DNA from: Escherichia coli
Lineage (GTDB): Bacteria; Pseudomonadota; Gammaproteobacteria; Enterobacterales; Enterobacteriaceae
Assembly: GCF_003334785.1 (NCBI RefSeq)
Contig: NZ_QOWV01000003.1
DNA length: 64,000 nt
Strand: one strand, 5' to 3'
Below are positions 24,760-39,408 of this stretch, piece after piece; within the stretch, counting starts at the first letter, position 1; each line of letters opens with the position of its first letter. The translations under genes were made by a program, and so were the position numbers. The notes beneath the pieces are model-generated. The model was not told where the DNA came from and did not search any database. It was given only the letters and a program-made list of their open reading frames with translations.

Positions 24760-26855
24760 TGAAAAAAAGACATCTGCTTAGCTTACTGGCGCTGGGCATT
24801 AGCACAGCTTGCTACGGCGAAACATATCCTGCGCCCATTGGTCCGTCGCAGTCGGATTTCGGTGGCGTAGGATTATTACAAACGCCCACCGCGCGTATGG
24901 CACGGGAAGGGGAGTTGAGTCTGAACTATCGCGATAACGATCAGTACCGTTATTACTCAGCTTCAGTGCAACTCTTCCCGTGGCTGGAAACAACGCTGCG
25001 CTACACCGACGTGCGCACCCGGCAGTACAGCAGCGTCGAAGCGTTCTCTGGCGATCAAACGTATAAAGATAAAGCCTTCGATCTCAAACTGCGTTTGTGG
25101 GAAGAGAGTTACTGGCTGCCGCAAGTGGCGGTTGGTGCGCGGGATATCGGCGGTACGGGGCTGTTTGATGCGGAATATCTTGTTGCCAGCAAAGCCTGGG
25201 GGCCGTTCGATTTTACGCTCGGCCTGGGCTGGGGATATTTGGGCACCAGCGGTAATGTGAAAAATCCGCTCTGTTCAGCCAGTGATAAATATTGCTATCG
25301 CGATAACAGCTACAAACAGGCGGGATCTATCGACGGTAGCCAGATGTTCCACGGTCCTGCCTCACTGTTTGGCGGCGTGGAATACCAGACGCCCTGGCAA
25401 CCGCTGCGCCTGAAACTGGAGTATGAAGGCAATAATTATCAGCAGGATTTTGCCGGGAAGCTGGAGCAAAAAAGTAAGTTTAACGTCGGTGCGATTTATC
25501 GCGTTACCGATTGGGCCGACGTTAACCTTAGCTATGAACGTGGCAACACCTTTATGTTTGGCGTTACGTTGCGCACCAACTTTAACGATCTGCGCCCGTC
25601 TTACAACGATAACGCCCGCCCGCAATATCAACCGCAGCCGCAGGATGCCATTTTGCAGCATTCGGTGGTGGCGAATCAGTTAACGCTGTTGAAATACAAT
25701 GCCGGACTTGCCGATCCACAGATCCAGGCGAAAGGCGATACGCTGTATGTTACCGGCGAGCAGGTGAAATATCGTGATTCGCGCGAAGGGATCATCCGTG
25801 CGAATCGGATCGTGATGAACGATCTGCCGGATGGGATCAAAACGATCCGCATTACGGAAAATCGCCTTAACATGCCGCAGGTGACGACGGAAACCGATGT
25901 CGCCAGCCTGAAAAATCATCTCGCCGGAGAGCCGTTGGGCCACGAAACGACGCTGGCGCAAAAACGCGTCGAGCCAGTGGTTCCGCAGTCCACCGAGCAG
26001 GGCTGGTATATCGACAAATCACGCTTTGATTTCCATATCGATCCGGTGCTGAACCAGTCGGTCGGTGGCCCGGAAAACTTTTACATGTATCAGCTGGGCG
26101 TGATGGGAACGGCAGATTTGTGGCTGACGGACCATCTGCTGACCACCGGCAGCCTGTTTGCAAATCTTGCCAACAACTACGACAAGTTTAACTACACTAA
26201 TCCTCCGCAGGACTCGCACTTACCGCGCGTGCGTACCCATGTGCGCGAGTATGTGCAGAACGATGTCTATGTGAATAACCTGCAAGCCAACTACTTCCAG
26301 CATCTGGGCAACGGCTTCTACGGTCAGGTCTACGGTGGTTATCTCGAAACCATGTTTGGCGGTGCGGGGGCAGAAGTGTTGTATCGCCCGCTGGACAGCA
26401 ACTGGGCGTTTGGTCTGGATGCCAACTACGTTAAACAGCGCGACTGGCGTAGTGCAAAAGATATGATGAAATTCACCGACTACAGCGTGAAAACCGGACA
26501 TCTGACCGCCTACTGGACGCCATCTTTCGCTCAGGATGTGTTAGTTAAAGCCAGCGTCGGGCAGTATCTGGCAGGGGATAAAGGCGGCACGCTGGAGATC
26601 GCCAAACGCTTTGATAGCGGCGTGGTGGTGGGTGGCTATGCCACGATCACTAATGTTTCGAAAGAGGAGTACGGCGAAGGGGACTTCACCAAAGGCGTGT
26701 ATGTCTCGGTACCGTTGGATCTCTTCTCGTCTGGCCCGACACGCAGCCGTGCGGCGATTGGCTGGACGCCGCTGACGCGTGACGGTGGTCAGCAACTTGG
26801 GCGTAAGTTCCAGTTGTATGACATGACCAGCGACCGTAGCGTCAATTTCCGCTAA
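24759..26855 (+). CDS. yjbH: outer-membrane lipoprotein YjbH (698 aa), GfcD-like
   Basis: Full ORF with signal/lipobox ([11 protein letters not shown]); start overlaps yjbG stop (TAATG). Confidence 0.93.
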   Translation: MKKRHLLSLLALGISTACYGETYPAPIGPSQSDFGGVGLLQTPTARMAREGELSLNYRDNDQYRYYSASVQLFPWLETTLRYTDVRTRQYSSVEAFSGDQTYKDKAFDLKLRLWEESYWLPQVAVGARDIGGTGLFDAEYLVASKAWGPFDFTLGLGWGYLGTSGNVKNPLCSASDKYCYRDNSYKQAGSIDGSQMFHGPASLFGGVEYQTPWQPLRLKLEYEGNNYQQDFAGKLEQKSKFNVGAIYRVTDWADVNLSYERGNTFMFGVTLRTNFNDLRPSYNDNARPQYQPQPQDAILQHSVVANQLTLLKYNAGLADPQIQAKGDTLYVTGEQVKYRDSREGIIRANRIVMNDLPDGIKTIRITENRLNMPQVTTETDVASLKNHLAGEPLGHETTLAQKRVEPVVPQSTEQGWYIDKSRFDFHIDPVLNQSVGGPENFYMYQLGVMGTADLWLTDHLLTTGSLFANLANNYDKFNYTNPPQDSHLPRVRTHVREYVQNDVYVNNLQANYFQHLGNGFYGQVYGGYLETMFGGAGAEVLYRPLDSNWAFGLDANYVKQRDWRSAKDMMKFTDYSVKTGHLTAYWTPSFAQDVLVKASVGQYLAGDKGGTLEIAKRFDSGVVVGGYATITNVSKEEYGEGDFTKGVYVSVPLDLFSSGPTRSRAAIGWTPLTRDGGQQLGRKFQLYDMTSDRSVNFR

Positions 26856-26901
26856 GTCATGGGAAAGGTGCCAGTTTTCGCACTCACTGGCACCTTCATT
26901 C

Positions 26902-27180
26902 TTAATGGCCTGTCGAGCCATCAGGAACGCAGTTCACTCCCGGTTTGCGATCTGGTGTGTAAAGGCGAAAACATTCTGTCTTCCTGTCCGTCGATATCGG
27001 TTGCAGGTCTGGTTGCCTGAGCGACTGGGCCATCATTGGGCTGGAGACATTGCTTTGCGGTAGGTCGGCTTTATCAGCAGTACCGAGCGGACCAGCATAA
27101 GCAGGAAGAACAGAGACTGATAACATCAAAGCAGCAAAATAAGGCTTCATTTTTACCACCTTTATCAGGTTACGTTTCAT
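26902..27180 (-). CDS. yjbT: small putative exported protein YjbT (92 aa)
   Basis: ORF MKRNLIKVVKMKPYFAALMLSVSVLPAYAGPLG... with signal-peptide-like N-terminus; recognised as YjbT. Confidence 0.7.
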   Translation of the reverse strand: MKRNLIKVVKMKPYFAALMLSVSVLPAYAGPLGTADKADLPQSNVSSPMMAQSLRQPDLQPISTDRKTECFRLYTPDRKPGVNCVPDGSTGH

Positions 27181-27281
27181 TTGTTCCAGAGGAACATTGT
27201 CGATTTTTCGCGCATTGCTGGTGGCTGGGAATCACCTGAATGGGTGATTTTTGAATTACCGGCTTTGGTGCGGTTTGTCTT

Positions 27282-27320
27282 GCCGGATGCGCCGCCAGGC
27301 GCGGCTTATCCGGCCTACGG
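27282..27320. repeat. REP element (single unit)
   Basis: GCCGGATGCGCCGCCAGGCGCGGCTTATCCGGCCTACGG. Confidence 0.8.
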
Positions 27321-27449
27321 GTAGGTATATCCGGCTTTGGTGGAGGCGCGCTCCAAATCCAGGTTGAACAAAACATACACAAAAAATATAGATCTCCGTC
27401 ACATTTTTGCGTTATACAGGAAGCTCGCCACTGTGAAGGAGGTACTGCT

Positions 27450-27860
27450 ATGACGTCACTCTCTCGTCCGCGCGTGGAGTTTATCTCCACCATTTTGCAG
27501 ACCGTACTCAATCTTGGCCTGCTGTGCCTCGGCCTGATTTTGGTTGTCTTCCTCGGCAAAGAAACGGTGCATCTGGCTGATGTGCTGTTCGCGCCAGAAC
27601 AAACCAGCAAATATGAGCTGGTAGAAGGACTGGTGGTTTACTTTCTCTATTTCGAATTTATCGCGCTGATTGTGAAGTACTTTCAGTCCGGTTTTCACTT
27701 CCCGCTACGTTACTTTGTCTATATTGGGATCACCGCCATTGTGCGCTTGATCATCGTCGATCATAAATCGCCACTGGATGTGTTGATCTACTCGGCTGCG
27801 ATCCTGTTACTGGTGATCACCCTGTGGCTGTGTAATTCGAAACGGCTGAAGCGGGAGTAA
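27450..27860 (+). CDS. psiE: phosphate-starvation-inducible inner membrane protein PsiE (136 aa)
   Basis: Full [40 protein letters not shown]... recognised as PsiE. Confidence 0.95.
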
Positions 27861-27893
27861 AAAGTCAGCACGCCGAAATGGCGCGGCGTGCTG
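27860..27893 (-). terminator. xylE terminator hairpin shared with psiE (convergent pair)
   Basis: Hairpin AGCACGCCG-(8-nt loop)-CGGCGTGCT between the convergent stops; U-tract on the minus strand. Confidence 0.7.
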
Positions 27894-27903
27894 GACAGGA
27901 AGA

Positions 27904-29379
27904 TTACAGCGTAGCAGTTTGTTGTGTTTTCTTCGTTTCCGGTTCCCAGAGCGCTTCCAGCTCCTCAAGGGTTTTACCTTTGGTTTCCGGGACAAATTTC
28001 CACATAAACAGTGCTGCCAGAACGCCCATACAACCGTAAATCCAGTAGGAGAAACCGTTGTGGAAATGGGCCACCAGCCAGGAGTTTTTGTCCATCATCG
28101 GGAAGGTCCAGGAGACGAAGTAGTTCGCCAGCCACTGGGCCGCCACCGCGATTGCCAGCGCTTTACCACGAATAGCATTCGGGAAGATTTCCGACAGCAG
28201 TACCCAGCATACCGGACCCCAGGACATGGCAAAGGCGGCAACATAGAACAGCATCGACAGTAGCGCCACAATACCCGGTGCCTGAGTGTAAAACGCGGTA
28301 CCGAGGCTAAACATACCGATTGCCATTCCGAGTGCGCCGATAATTTGCAGTGGCTTACGACCAAATTTATCCACCGTCATAATTGCCAGAACGGTGAAGG
28401 TGAGGTTGATAACTCCGACAATAATGGTCTGCAACAGCGCGATATCCGTGCTGGCCCCCAGCGTTTTGAACACTTCCGGCGCGTAGTACAGCACCACATT
28501 GATGCCGACAAATTGCTGGAAGATGGAGAGCATTACGCCGATTACAATCACGCCCACGCCAAACATCAGCAGACGACCACCGGTTTTGCGGCCATGATCC
28601 AGGGAGTGTTTAATTTCCTGTACTGCCTGAGTTGCAAGCGTGTTGCCCATAATTTTGCGCAGGATACCTTCCGCCTGTTCTTGCTTGCCGCGCGACATCA
28701 GCCAGCGAGGACTTTCTGGCACGGTATACAGCAGCATTAAGAACAGCAGTGCAGGGATACATTCCGAGGCAAACATATAACGCCAGCCGTCAGTATTCAG
28801 CCAGCTGGCATCACCGGAACGGGCAATAAAATAGTTTACGCAGTAAACTAAAAGTTGCCCGAAAATAATCGCAAACTGGTTAAAAGAGACCAGTTTCCCG
28901 CGAATATGAGCTGGAGCCAGTTCCGCAATATACATTGGCGAGAGCATTGAGGCTAAACCAACGCCAATACCGCCAATAATGCGATAAATAACAAATTCCG
29001 GGACATAACCTGCCAGATAAACAGGCACAGTGTTGTCCGGGTTTATAGAGGTAAAACCAAGTTCTGGCCAGGCAGAACCTACACCAGAAATAAAAAACAG
29101 GACAGCAGCAATCTTAAGTGAATCACGACGACCGAAGCGGTTACTGCAATAACCACCGAGGGCACCGCCGATGATGCAACCAATCAGAGCGCTGGCCACG
29201 CAAAACCCTAACAGGGAGTTGGCAGCGGATTCACTTAAGTTTTGTGGAGCAACAAAGACGGTATTGAGTGACTCAACAGTACCGGAAATAACGGCGGTGT
29301 CGTAGCCAAATAATAAACCACCTAATGTAGCGACTAAGGTAATCGAAAATATATAACTGGAATTATACTGGGTATTCAT
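27904..29379 (-). CDS. xylE: D-xylose:H+ symporter, MFS sugar porter (491 aa)
   Basis: Full ORF MNTQYNSSYIFSITLVATLGGLLFGYDTAVISG... with sugar-porter signature motifs; recognised as XylE. Confidence 0.96.
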   Translation of the reverse strand: MNTQYNSSYIFSITLVATLGGLLFGYDTAVISGTVESLNTVFVAPQNLSESAANSLLGFCVASALIGCIIGGALGGYCSNRFGRRDSLKIAAVLFFISGVGSAWPELGFTSINPDNTVPVYLAGYVPEFVIYRIIGGIGVGLASMLSPMYIAELAPAHIRGKLVSFNQFAIIFGQLLVYCVNYFIARSGDASWLNTDGWRYMFASECIPALLFLMLLYTVPESPRWLMSRGKQEQAEGILRKIMGNTLATQAVQEIKHSLDHGRKTGGRLLMFGVGVIVIGVMLSIFQQFVGINVVLYYAPEVFKTLGASTDIALLQTIIVGVINLTFTVLAIMTVDKFGRKPLQIIGALGMAIGMFSLGTAFYTQAPGIVALLSMLFYVAAFAMSWGPVCWVLLSEIFPNAIRGKALAIAVAAQWLANYFVSWTFPMMDKNSWLVAHFHNGFSYWIYGCMGVLAALFMWKFVPETKGKTLEELEALWEPETKKTQQTATL

Positions 29380-29750
29380 TCAGACCTGCCTTAGACCATT
29401 CTGATCTTTTATCAGTGCATTGATGTTGGAATTGTCAGGCAGTTAAGGCAATTATCATTTTTTACAATGCGTTTACGTAATGTCTTTTCTGTGATCTTAA
29501 TTGTGATAATTATCCAAAATTGATAAAAACAATACTATTGCCGTGACTCAGAGCACGAAAGAGAATTATCGTAAGTGGGAAAACAAATAACGTAAAAATA
29601 ATAAGCTCTATGATGGAAATATTAACCGGCGAACGATTCAGATTGCAGACGAAAGAAAAAAAGGCGCTCCGTGGAGCGCTGAATAACAGTCACAAGTTGG
29701 GATAACGTAAGTTGAGGGTGCAGCGGCATAACATTGGCAGAACAACATCT

Positions 29751-30641
29751 TTAACCTTTCACACCACCTGCCGTCAGGCCGTTGACCAGCCAGCGTTGAG
29801 CCAGCAAGAAGACGATGGTGATCGGTAATGCAGACATCACGGCAGCGGCGGCAAAGTCACCCCACAGGTAGTTTTGCGGGTTGAGGTATTGCTGCATCCC
29901 CACGGCCAGGGTGTAGCTGTTTACGTCACGCAGTAACAGCGACGCGACCGGAACTTCAGTAATGGCAGCGATAAACGACAGGATGAATACCACCGTCAGA
30001 ATCGGTACTGACAGCGGCAACAGGACAAGGCGGAAGGCCTGCCACGGTGTCGCACCATCCAGCGCAGCAGCTTCTTCCAGCGAACTGTCGATGGTTTCGA
30101 AATAGCCTTTGATGGTCCAGACATGCAGCGCAATCCCACCCAGATACGCGAAAATTACGCCGCCGTGAGTATTCAGGCCAATGAATGGAATGTACTCACC
30201 CAGACGATCAAACAACGCATACAACGCGACCAGTGAAAGTACTGCCGGGAACATCTGGAAAATCAGCATTCCTTTCAGCAGCATCGCTTTGCCTGGAAAG
30301 CGCATACGGGCGAAAGCGTAGGCGCAGGTGGTGGAGAGCGCCACAATGCCAATCGCGGAAATCCCGGCGACCTTTACCGAGTTCCACAGCCACAGCAGTA
30401 CCGGGAATGGCGGTGGCGTAATGCGACCATCAGCCTGTTCAACGCTAAAACCTAACGCCAGTTTCCAGTGATCCCAGGAGATTTGCTCCGGGATCAGGCT
30501 GCCGGTCGCAAAGTTTCCCTGACGCAGCGAGATAGCGACGACCATCAGCAGCGGGAACATAATCGCTGCGATAAAAAGTAGCAGTAGCAGGTGAGTAATA
30601 AATAAACGAGCTTTTTGCGATTTCGGTTGGACCATTGCCAT
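29751..30641 (-). CDS. malG: maltose ABC transporter permease MalG (296 aa)
   Basis: Full [38 protein letters not shown]... recognised as MalG. Confidence 0.97.
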   Translation of the reverse strand: MAMVQPKSQKARLFITHLLLLLFIAAIMFPLLMVVAISLRQGNFATGSLIPEQISWDHWKLALGFSVEQADGRITPPPFPVLLWLWNSVKVAGISAIGIVALSTTCAYAFARMRFPGKAMLLKGMLIFQMFPAVLSLVALYALFDRLGEYIPFIGLNTHGGVIFAYLGGIALHVWTIKGYFETIDSSLEEAAALDGATPWQAFRLVLLPLSVPILTVVFILSFIAAITEVPVASLLLRDVNSYTLAVGMQQYLNPQNYLWGDFAAAAVMSALPITIVFLLAQRWLVNGLTAGGVKG

Positions 30642-30655
30642 TTTTGTTATCTCCC

Positions 30656-32200
30656 TTAATCAAACTTCATTCGCGTGGCTTTCAGGTTCACTATCGCCAG
30701 CGCACCCACCAGCAGGAAGATCAGCGTGGCAATTGCTGCCGCCAGACCGAAGTCCTGACCCCCGCCGCCTTCAAAAGCGATGCGGTAGGTGTAGTTAACA
30801 AGCAGGTCGGTATAACCGGCTGGCGTGGTCGTGCCAAGACGATCCGGGCCGCCGTTGGTTAACAGTTGAATCAGCACGAAGTTGTTAAAGTTAAAGGCGA
30901 AGCTGGCGATCATCAGCGGCGTCAGCGGTTTAATCAGCAGCGGCAGCGTAATCTTAAAGAAGTTCTGGAACGGACCTGCGCCATCCATTGCTGAGGCTTC
31001 ATACAAATCGTCCGGAATCGCTTTCAGCAAGCCCATGCAGAGGATCATCATGTACGGATAACCCAGCCAGGTATTGACGATAATTAGCATCGTGCGGGCG
31101 GTGGTCGGATCGCTGAACCAGGCGGGCTTCACGCCAAACAGCGCGCTCAACATCATGTTGATTTCACCGAAGCTCTGGTTAAACAACCCTTTGAAAATCA
31201 AGATTGAAATGAACGATGGCACCGCGTAGGGCAGAATCAGCAGGACGCGATAGACCGCTTTGCCGCGCAACGCTTCCCACTGCACCAGACACGCCAGAAC
31301 CATGCCGACCGCCACCGTTAAAAAGACAGTGATCAGCGAGAACACCACGGTCCAGACGAAAATGGCGAGGAACGGTTTCTGAATGCCTTCGTCGGTAAAG
31401 ACGCGGGTAAAGTTTTTCCAGCCGGTGGTCACGGTGTAACCGGGGCTTAGCTTTTCATCACCCCAGTTGCCGTCGGCGGTAATGGACTGGTAAAAGCCAA
31501 TTTGGTTATTCGGACGATATTTCACGCCGCTCTGATTATTCGTCAACGTGCCGTCACCGTCGAGTGTGTAGAGCGGCTGCGTGCCAGAAAACTGGCGCAG
31601 GGAGCTCATCATCACTTTGTTGCCATCCGGCAGAATGGCGGTAATGTCACTCAGCGCCTGACGATTCTGGGTAATCACGCGCAGATTCGCGCGTTCGCCT
31701 TCGGGCTGGGCGGTCGTTTCTTTCAGTTGCAGTTTTTGCTCGCCGCCAAATTTAAAAGCGTCGGAGAGGTAATTTTTGCCGGTTTCGCCGTCGCTGAGCG
31801 CCAGTTGCCACTCATCGCCCGCCGGGTAAAGACCAAAGTTATAGGTTTTGCCTGCTTGCCAGGAGCGATCTAACAACACTTCCTGCGCACGTTCAAAAGT
31901 CAGCTGGTTAGTGCTGCTGTAGTTGGTGAAGGCAATGGCGATGGTGCAGACCAGAGGGAAGAGGACGAATAATCCCATTCCAGCCATTCCCGGGTAAACA
32001 TAGCGCCAGGCGTAGGCTTTACGATTGGCGAAAATATACAGCCCCGCTGAACTCAATATCAGCGTGGTAATGGCGAACAGGTATTCCCCTTGTGCGTACA
32101 TTAAAACAACAAGGTAACCCACCAGCAGGCCGAGCAGACCTAGCACTGACCATTTCAGCGCGTCGCTTTGCCACCAATGTTTCTTTTTAATGACATCCAT
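30656..32200 (-). CDS. malF: maltose ABC transporter permease MalF (514 aa)
   Basis: ORF 30656..32215 trimmed to the ATG giving [24 protein letters not shown]...; recognised as MalF. Confidence 0.96.
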
Positions 32201-32217
32201 GGGGTTCTTCCTCATTC

Positions 32218-32345
32218 CAGGACGGATAAGGCTTTCACGCCTTATCCGACAACAACTGCCTGATGCGACGCTGACGCGTCTTATCAGGCCTACATACGTT
32301 TCGGTTTTGTAGGCCGGACAAGGCGTTCACGCCGCATCCGGCATT
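32218..32345. repeat. REP/BIME cluster in the malE-malF spacer
   Basis: Inverted REP units GACGGATAAGGCTTTCACGCCTTATCCGAC...GCCTGATGCGACGCTGACGCGTCTTATCAGGCCTACA...GTAGGCCGGACAAGGCGTTCACGCCGCATCCGGCA. Confidence 0.93.
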
Positions 32346-32353
32346 TCACAGCA

Positions 32354-33908
<1,555 letters not shown>

Positions 33909-35024
33909 ATGGCGAGCGTACAGCTGCAAAATGTAACGAAAGCCTGGGGCGAGGTCGTGGTATCGAAAGATATCAATCTCGATATCCATGAAGGTGAATT
34001 CGTGGTGTTTGTCGGACCGTCTGGCTGCGGTAAATCGACTTTACTGCGCATGATTGCCGGGCTTGAGACGATCACCAGCGGCGACCTGTTCATCGGTGAG
34101 AAACGGATGAATGACACTCCGCCAGCAGAACGCGGCGTTGGTATGGTGTTTCAGTCTTACGCGCTCTATCCCCACCTGTCAGTAGCAGAAAACATGTCAT
34201 TTGGCCTGAAACTGGCTGGCGCAAAAAAAGAGGTGATTAACCAACGCGTTAACCAGGTGGCGGAAGTGCTACAACTGGCGCATTTGCTGGATCGCAAACC
34301 GAAAGCGCTCTCCGGTGGTCAGCGTCAGCGTGTGGCGATTGGCCGTACGCTGGTGGCCGAGCCAAGCGTATTTTTGCTCGATGAACCGCTCTCCAACCTC
34401 GATGCTGCACTGCGTGTGCAAATGCGTATCGAAATCTCCCGTCTGCATAAACGCCTGGGCCGCACAATGATTTACGTCACCCACGATCAGGTCGAAGCGA
34501 TGACGCTGGCCGACAAAATCGTGGTGCTGGACGCCGGTCGCGTGGCGCAGGTTGGGAAACCGCTGGAGCTGTACCACTATCCGGCAGACCGTTTTGTCGC
34601 CGGATTTATCGGTTCGCCAAAGATGAACTTCCTGCCGGTAAAAGTGACCGCCACCGCAATCGATCAAGTGCAGGTGGAGCTGCCGATGCCAAATCGTCAG
34701 CAAGTCTGGCTGCCAGTTGAAAGCCGTGATGTCCAGGTTGGAGCCAATATGTCGCTGGGTATTCGCCCGGAACATCTACTGCCGAGTGATATCGCTGACG
34801 TCATCCTTGAGGGTGAAGTTCAGGTCGTCGAGCAACTCGGCAACGAAACTCAAATCCATATCCAGATCCCTTCCATTCGTCAAAACCTGGTGTACCGCCA
34901 GAACGACGTGGTGTTGGTAGAAGAAGGTGCCACATTCGCTATCGGCCTGCCGCCAGAGCGTTGCCATCTGTTCCGTGAGGATGGCACTGCATGTCGTCGA
35001 CTGCATAAGGAGCCGGGCGTTTAA
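33909..35024 (+). CDS. malK: maltose ABC transporter ATP-binding subunit MalK (371 aa)
   Basis: ORF 33819..35024 trimmed to ATG 33909 ([24 protein letters not shown]...); Walker [10 protein letters not shown] and ABC signature LSGGQRQR present. Confidence 0.97.
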   Translation: MASVQLQNVTKAWGEVVVSKDINLDIHEGEFVVFVGPSGCGKSTLLRMIAGLETITSGDLFIGEKRMNDTPPAERGVGMVFQSYALYPHLSVAENMSFGLKLAGAKKEVINQRVNQVAEVLQLAHLLDRKPKALSGGQRQRVAIGRTLVAEPSVFLLDEPLSNLDAALRVQMRIEISRLHKRLGRTMIYVTHDQVEAMTLADKIVVLDAGRVAQVGKPLELYHYPADRFVAGFIGSPKMNFLPVKVTATAIDQVQVELPMPNRQQVWLPVESRDVQVGANMSLGIRPEHLLPSDIADVILEGEVQVVEQLGNETQIHIQIPSIRQNLVYRQNDVVLVEEGATFAIGLPPERCHLFREDGTACRRLHKEPGV

Positions 35025-35065
35025 GCACCCCACAAAACACACAAAGCCTGTCACAGGTGATGTGA

Positions 35066-36436
<1,371 letters not shown>

Positions 36437-36448
36437 TAGCAAAACCTG

Positions 36449-36572
<124 letters not shown>

Positions 36573-36678
36573 AAAAACAGGTTGTCATTATCTGAAAGGG
36601 GCGAAAGCCCCTCTGATTATCGGGTTTAGCGCGCTATTGCCTGGCTACCGCTGAGCTCCAGATTTTGAGGTGAAAACA

Positions 36679-37599
36679 ATGAAAATGAATAAAAGTCTCA
36701 TCGTCCTCTGTTTATCAGCAGGGTTACTGGCAAGCGCGCCTGGAATTAGCCTTGCCGATGTTAACTACGTACCGCAAAACACCAGCGACGCGCCAGCCAT
36801 TCCATCTGCTGCGCTGCAACAACTCACCTGGACACCGGTCGATCAATCTAAAACCCAGACCACCCAACTGGCGACCGGCGGCCAACAACTGAACGTTCCC
36901 GGCATCAGTGGTCCGGTTGCTGCGTACAGCGTCCCGGCAAACATTGGCGAACTGACCCTGACGCTGACCAGCGAAGTGAACAAACAAACCAGCGTTTTTG
37001 CGCCGAACGTGCTGATTCTTGATCAGAACATGACCCCATCAGCCTTCTTCCCCAGCAGTTATTTCACCTACCAGGAACCAGGCGTGATGAGTGCAGATCG
37101 GCTGGAAGGCGTTATGCGCCTGACACCGGCGTTGGGGCAGCAAAAACTTTATGTTCTGGTCTTTACCACGGAAAAAGATCTCCAGCAGACGACCCAACTG
37201 CTCGACCCGGCTAAAGCCTATGCCAAGGGCGTCGGTAACTCGATCCCGGATATCCCCGATCCGGTTGCTCGTCATACCACCGATGGCTTACTGAAACTGA
37301 AAGTGAAAACGAACTCCAGCTCCAGCGTGTTGGTAGGACCTTTATTTGGTTCTTCCGCTCCAGCTCCGGTTACGGTAGGTAACACGGCGGCACCAGCTGT
37401 GGCTGCACCCGCTCCGGCACCGGTGAAGAAAAGCGAGCCGATGCTCAACGACACGGAAAGTTATTTTAATACCGCGATCAAAAACGCTGTCGCGAAAGGT
37501 GATGTTGATAAGGCGTTAAAACTGCTTGATGAAGCTGAACGCCTGGGATCGACATCTGCCCGTTCCACCTTTATCAGCAGTGTAAAAGGCAAGGGGTAA
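36679..37599 (+). CDS. malM: maltose-regulon periplasmic protein MalM (306 aa)
   Basis: ORF 36670..37599 trimmed to ATG 36679 (MKMNKSLIVLCLSAGLLASAPGISLA signal peptide); recognised as MalM. Confidence 0.95.
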   Translation: MKMNKSLIVLCLSAGLLASAPGISLADVNYVPQNTSDAPAIPSAALQQLTWTPVDQSKTQTTQLATGGQQLNVPGISGPVAAYSVPANIGELTLTLTSEVNKQTSVFAPNVLILDQNMTPSAFFPSSYFTYQEPGVMSADRLEGVMRLTPALGQQKLYVLVFTTEKDLQQTTQLLDPAKAYAKGVGNSIPDIPDPVARHTTDGLLKLKVKTNSSSSVLVGPLFGSSAPAPVTVGNTAAPAVAAPAPAPVKKSEPMLNDTESYFNTAIKNAVAKGDVDKALKLLDEAERLGSTSARSTFISSVKGKG

Positions 37600-37631
37600 T
37601 TACGCCCCACAGTGCTGATTTTGCAACAACT

Positions 37632-37659
37632 GGTGCGTCTCCTGGCGCACCTTTTTTTA
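37632..37659 (+). terminator. malK-lamB-malM operon intrinsic terminator
   Basis: Hairpin GGTGCG-TCTCCTGG-CGCACC followed by TTTTTTT. Confidence 0.8.
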
Positions 37660-38079
37660 TGCTTCCTTCCTGGGATATGAGCGATTTTTTATAGTAACTC
37701 ACTTCTTCTTCACTAAGAATATCCATTATCTCAATGCCTTATCAGAGATTCTTTTCCTTTCGCCGGTAGTGTCTGGACATTCAGGCTACTTTTCCAGGTT
37801 ATTTTATTTCTGTTATGCAGAGGTTTTATGATAAGTCATATCCTAAATTCTGGCGGCAATAACTCTTTGATGAAACATGATGTGGTGCAAGGAAATAATA
37901 TAGTAGATCTTGATTTACTACGTAATTTAAATGGGGTGCCAGGTTTAAACAGAGATAACTTTATTTATATCAGCAATATTTTTTCAAATATAAAACAACG
38001 GAACGAAAAAATCATGCAATAAATATGTTTCGTGAAGTCTCAATCAGTAATGATACTATAAGTGTAAAATTCTACAGAA

Positions 38080-39408
38080 ATGAAAAAAATTGAATGCGCT
38101 TGCAATTTTCTGATGGATAAAGATGCGCAGGGGTATATCGACCTGTCTGATTTGGATTTAACAAGTTGTCATTTTAAAGGTGACGTTATATCGAAGGTGT
38201 CTTTTTTATCATCAAATCTACAACATGTAACATTCGAATGTAAAGAAATTGGGGATTGCAATTTTACTACTGCAATAGTTGATAATGTCATATTTAGATG
38301 TCGACGTTTACACAATGTGATTTTTATCAAAGCGAGTGGTGAATGTGTCGATTTCAGCAAAAATATTCTTGATACAGTTGACTTCTCGCAGAGTCAACTT
38401 GGTCATAGTAATTTTCGCGAATGTCAGATTAGAAATTCAAACTTCGATAATTGTTATCTTTACGCTTCGCACTTCACCAGAGCAGAGTTTCTGTCTGCCA
38501 AAGAAATATCATTTATTAAATCGAATTTGACAGCTGTTATGTTTGATTATGTGCGAATGTCGACAGGGAATTTTAAAGATTGCATTACAGAACAATTGGA
38601 ATTAACTATTGATTATTCAGATATATTTTGGAATGAAGATCTCGATGGTTATATCAATAACATTATAAAAATGATTGATACATTGCCAGATAATGCAATG
38701 ATATTGAAATCCGTTCTGGCCGTAAAACTGGTGATGCAATTAAAAATACTTAATATTGTTAATAAAAACTTTATTGAGAATATGAAGAAAATATTTAGCC
38801 ATTGTCCTTATATAAAAGATCCCATTATACGCAGTTATATCCATTCTGATGAAGATAACAAGTTCGATGATTTTATGCGTCAACATCGATTCAGTGAGGT
38901 GAATTTCGATACCCAACAGATGATCGATTTTATTAACAGATTTAATACGAATAAATGGCTAATTGATAAAAATAACAATTTTTTTATCCAACTTATCGAT
39001 CAGGCCTTACGATCAACGGATGATATGATCAAAGCAAATGTTTGGCATCTTTATAAAGAGTGGATTCGTAGTGATGATGTTTCACCTATATTTATAGAAA
39101 CTGAAGATAATTTAAGAACCTTTAACACGAATGAATTAACACGAAACGATAATATCTTTATCCTGTTCTCCTCAGTCGATGATGGGCCAGTTATGGTGGT
39201 AAGCTCCCAGCGCTTACATGATATGTTGAATCCTACAAAAGATACCAATTGGAATTCCACGTATATCTACAAATCCAGACATGAGATGTTGCCTGTTAAT
39301 CTTACTCAGGAAACACTTTTCAGCTCCAAATCTCATGGTAAATATGCGCTTTTCCCCATTTTTACTGCGAGTTGGCGAGCTCATCGTATAATGAATAAGG
39401 GTGTTTAA
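38080..39408 (+). CDS. yjbI: pentapeptide-repeat protein YjbI (442-aa ORF), possibly the 3' remnant of a longer gene
   Basis: AT-rich ORF; N-terminal half has tandem pentapeptide-like repeats (...NLQHVTFECKEIGDCNFTTAIVDNVIFRCRRLHNVIFIKASGECVDFSKNILDTVDFSQSQLGHSNFRECQIRNSNFDNCYLYASHFTRAEF...); an in-frame 64-codon ORF lies upstream (37828..38022), separated by stop codons. Confidence 0.8.
   Translation: MKKIECACNFLMDKDAQGYIDLSDLDLTSCHFKGDVISKVSFLSSNLQHVTFECKEIGDCNFTTAIVDNVIFRCRRLHNVIFIKASGECVDFSKNILDTVDFSQSQLGHSNFRECQIRNSNFDNCYLYASHFTRAEFLSAKEISFIKSNLTAVMFDYVRMSTGNFKDCITEQLELTIDYSDIFWNEDLDGYINNIIKMIDTLPDNAMILKSVLAVKLVMQLKILNIVNKNFIENMKKIFSHCPYIKDPIIRSYIHSDEDNKFDDFMRQHRFSEVNFDTQQMIDFINRFNTNKWLIDKNNNFFIQLIDQALRSTDDMIKANVWHLYKEWIRSDDVSPIFIETEDNLRTFNTNELTRNDNIFILFSSVDDGPVMVVSSQRLHDMLNPTKDTNWNSTYIYKSRHEMLPVNLTQETLFSSKSHGKYALFPIFTASWRAHRIMNKGV

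Noticed and set aside
27036-27239. 67-aa plus-strand ORF in the yjbT-psiE interval
   Set aside because: Overlaps yjbT on the opposite strand with no ribosome-binding site; treated as a spurious ORF.
27370-27430. Pho box in the psiE promoter
   Set aside because: psiE is Pho-regulated, but I could not identify a convincing match to the CTGTCATA-type direct repeats by inspection.
36597-36612. Hairpin AGGGGC-GAAA-GCCCCT after the lamB-malM REP cluster as a terminator
   Set aside because: No U-tract follows and malM is co-transcribed with malK-lamB; more likely an RNA stability element.
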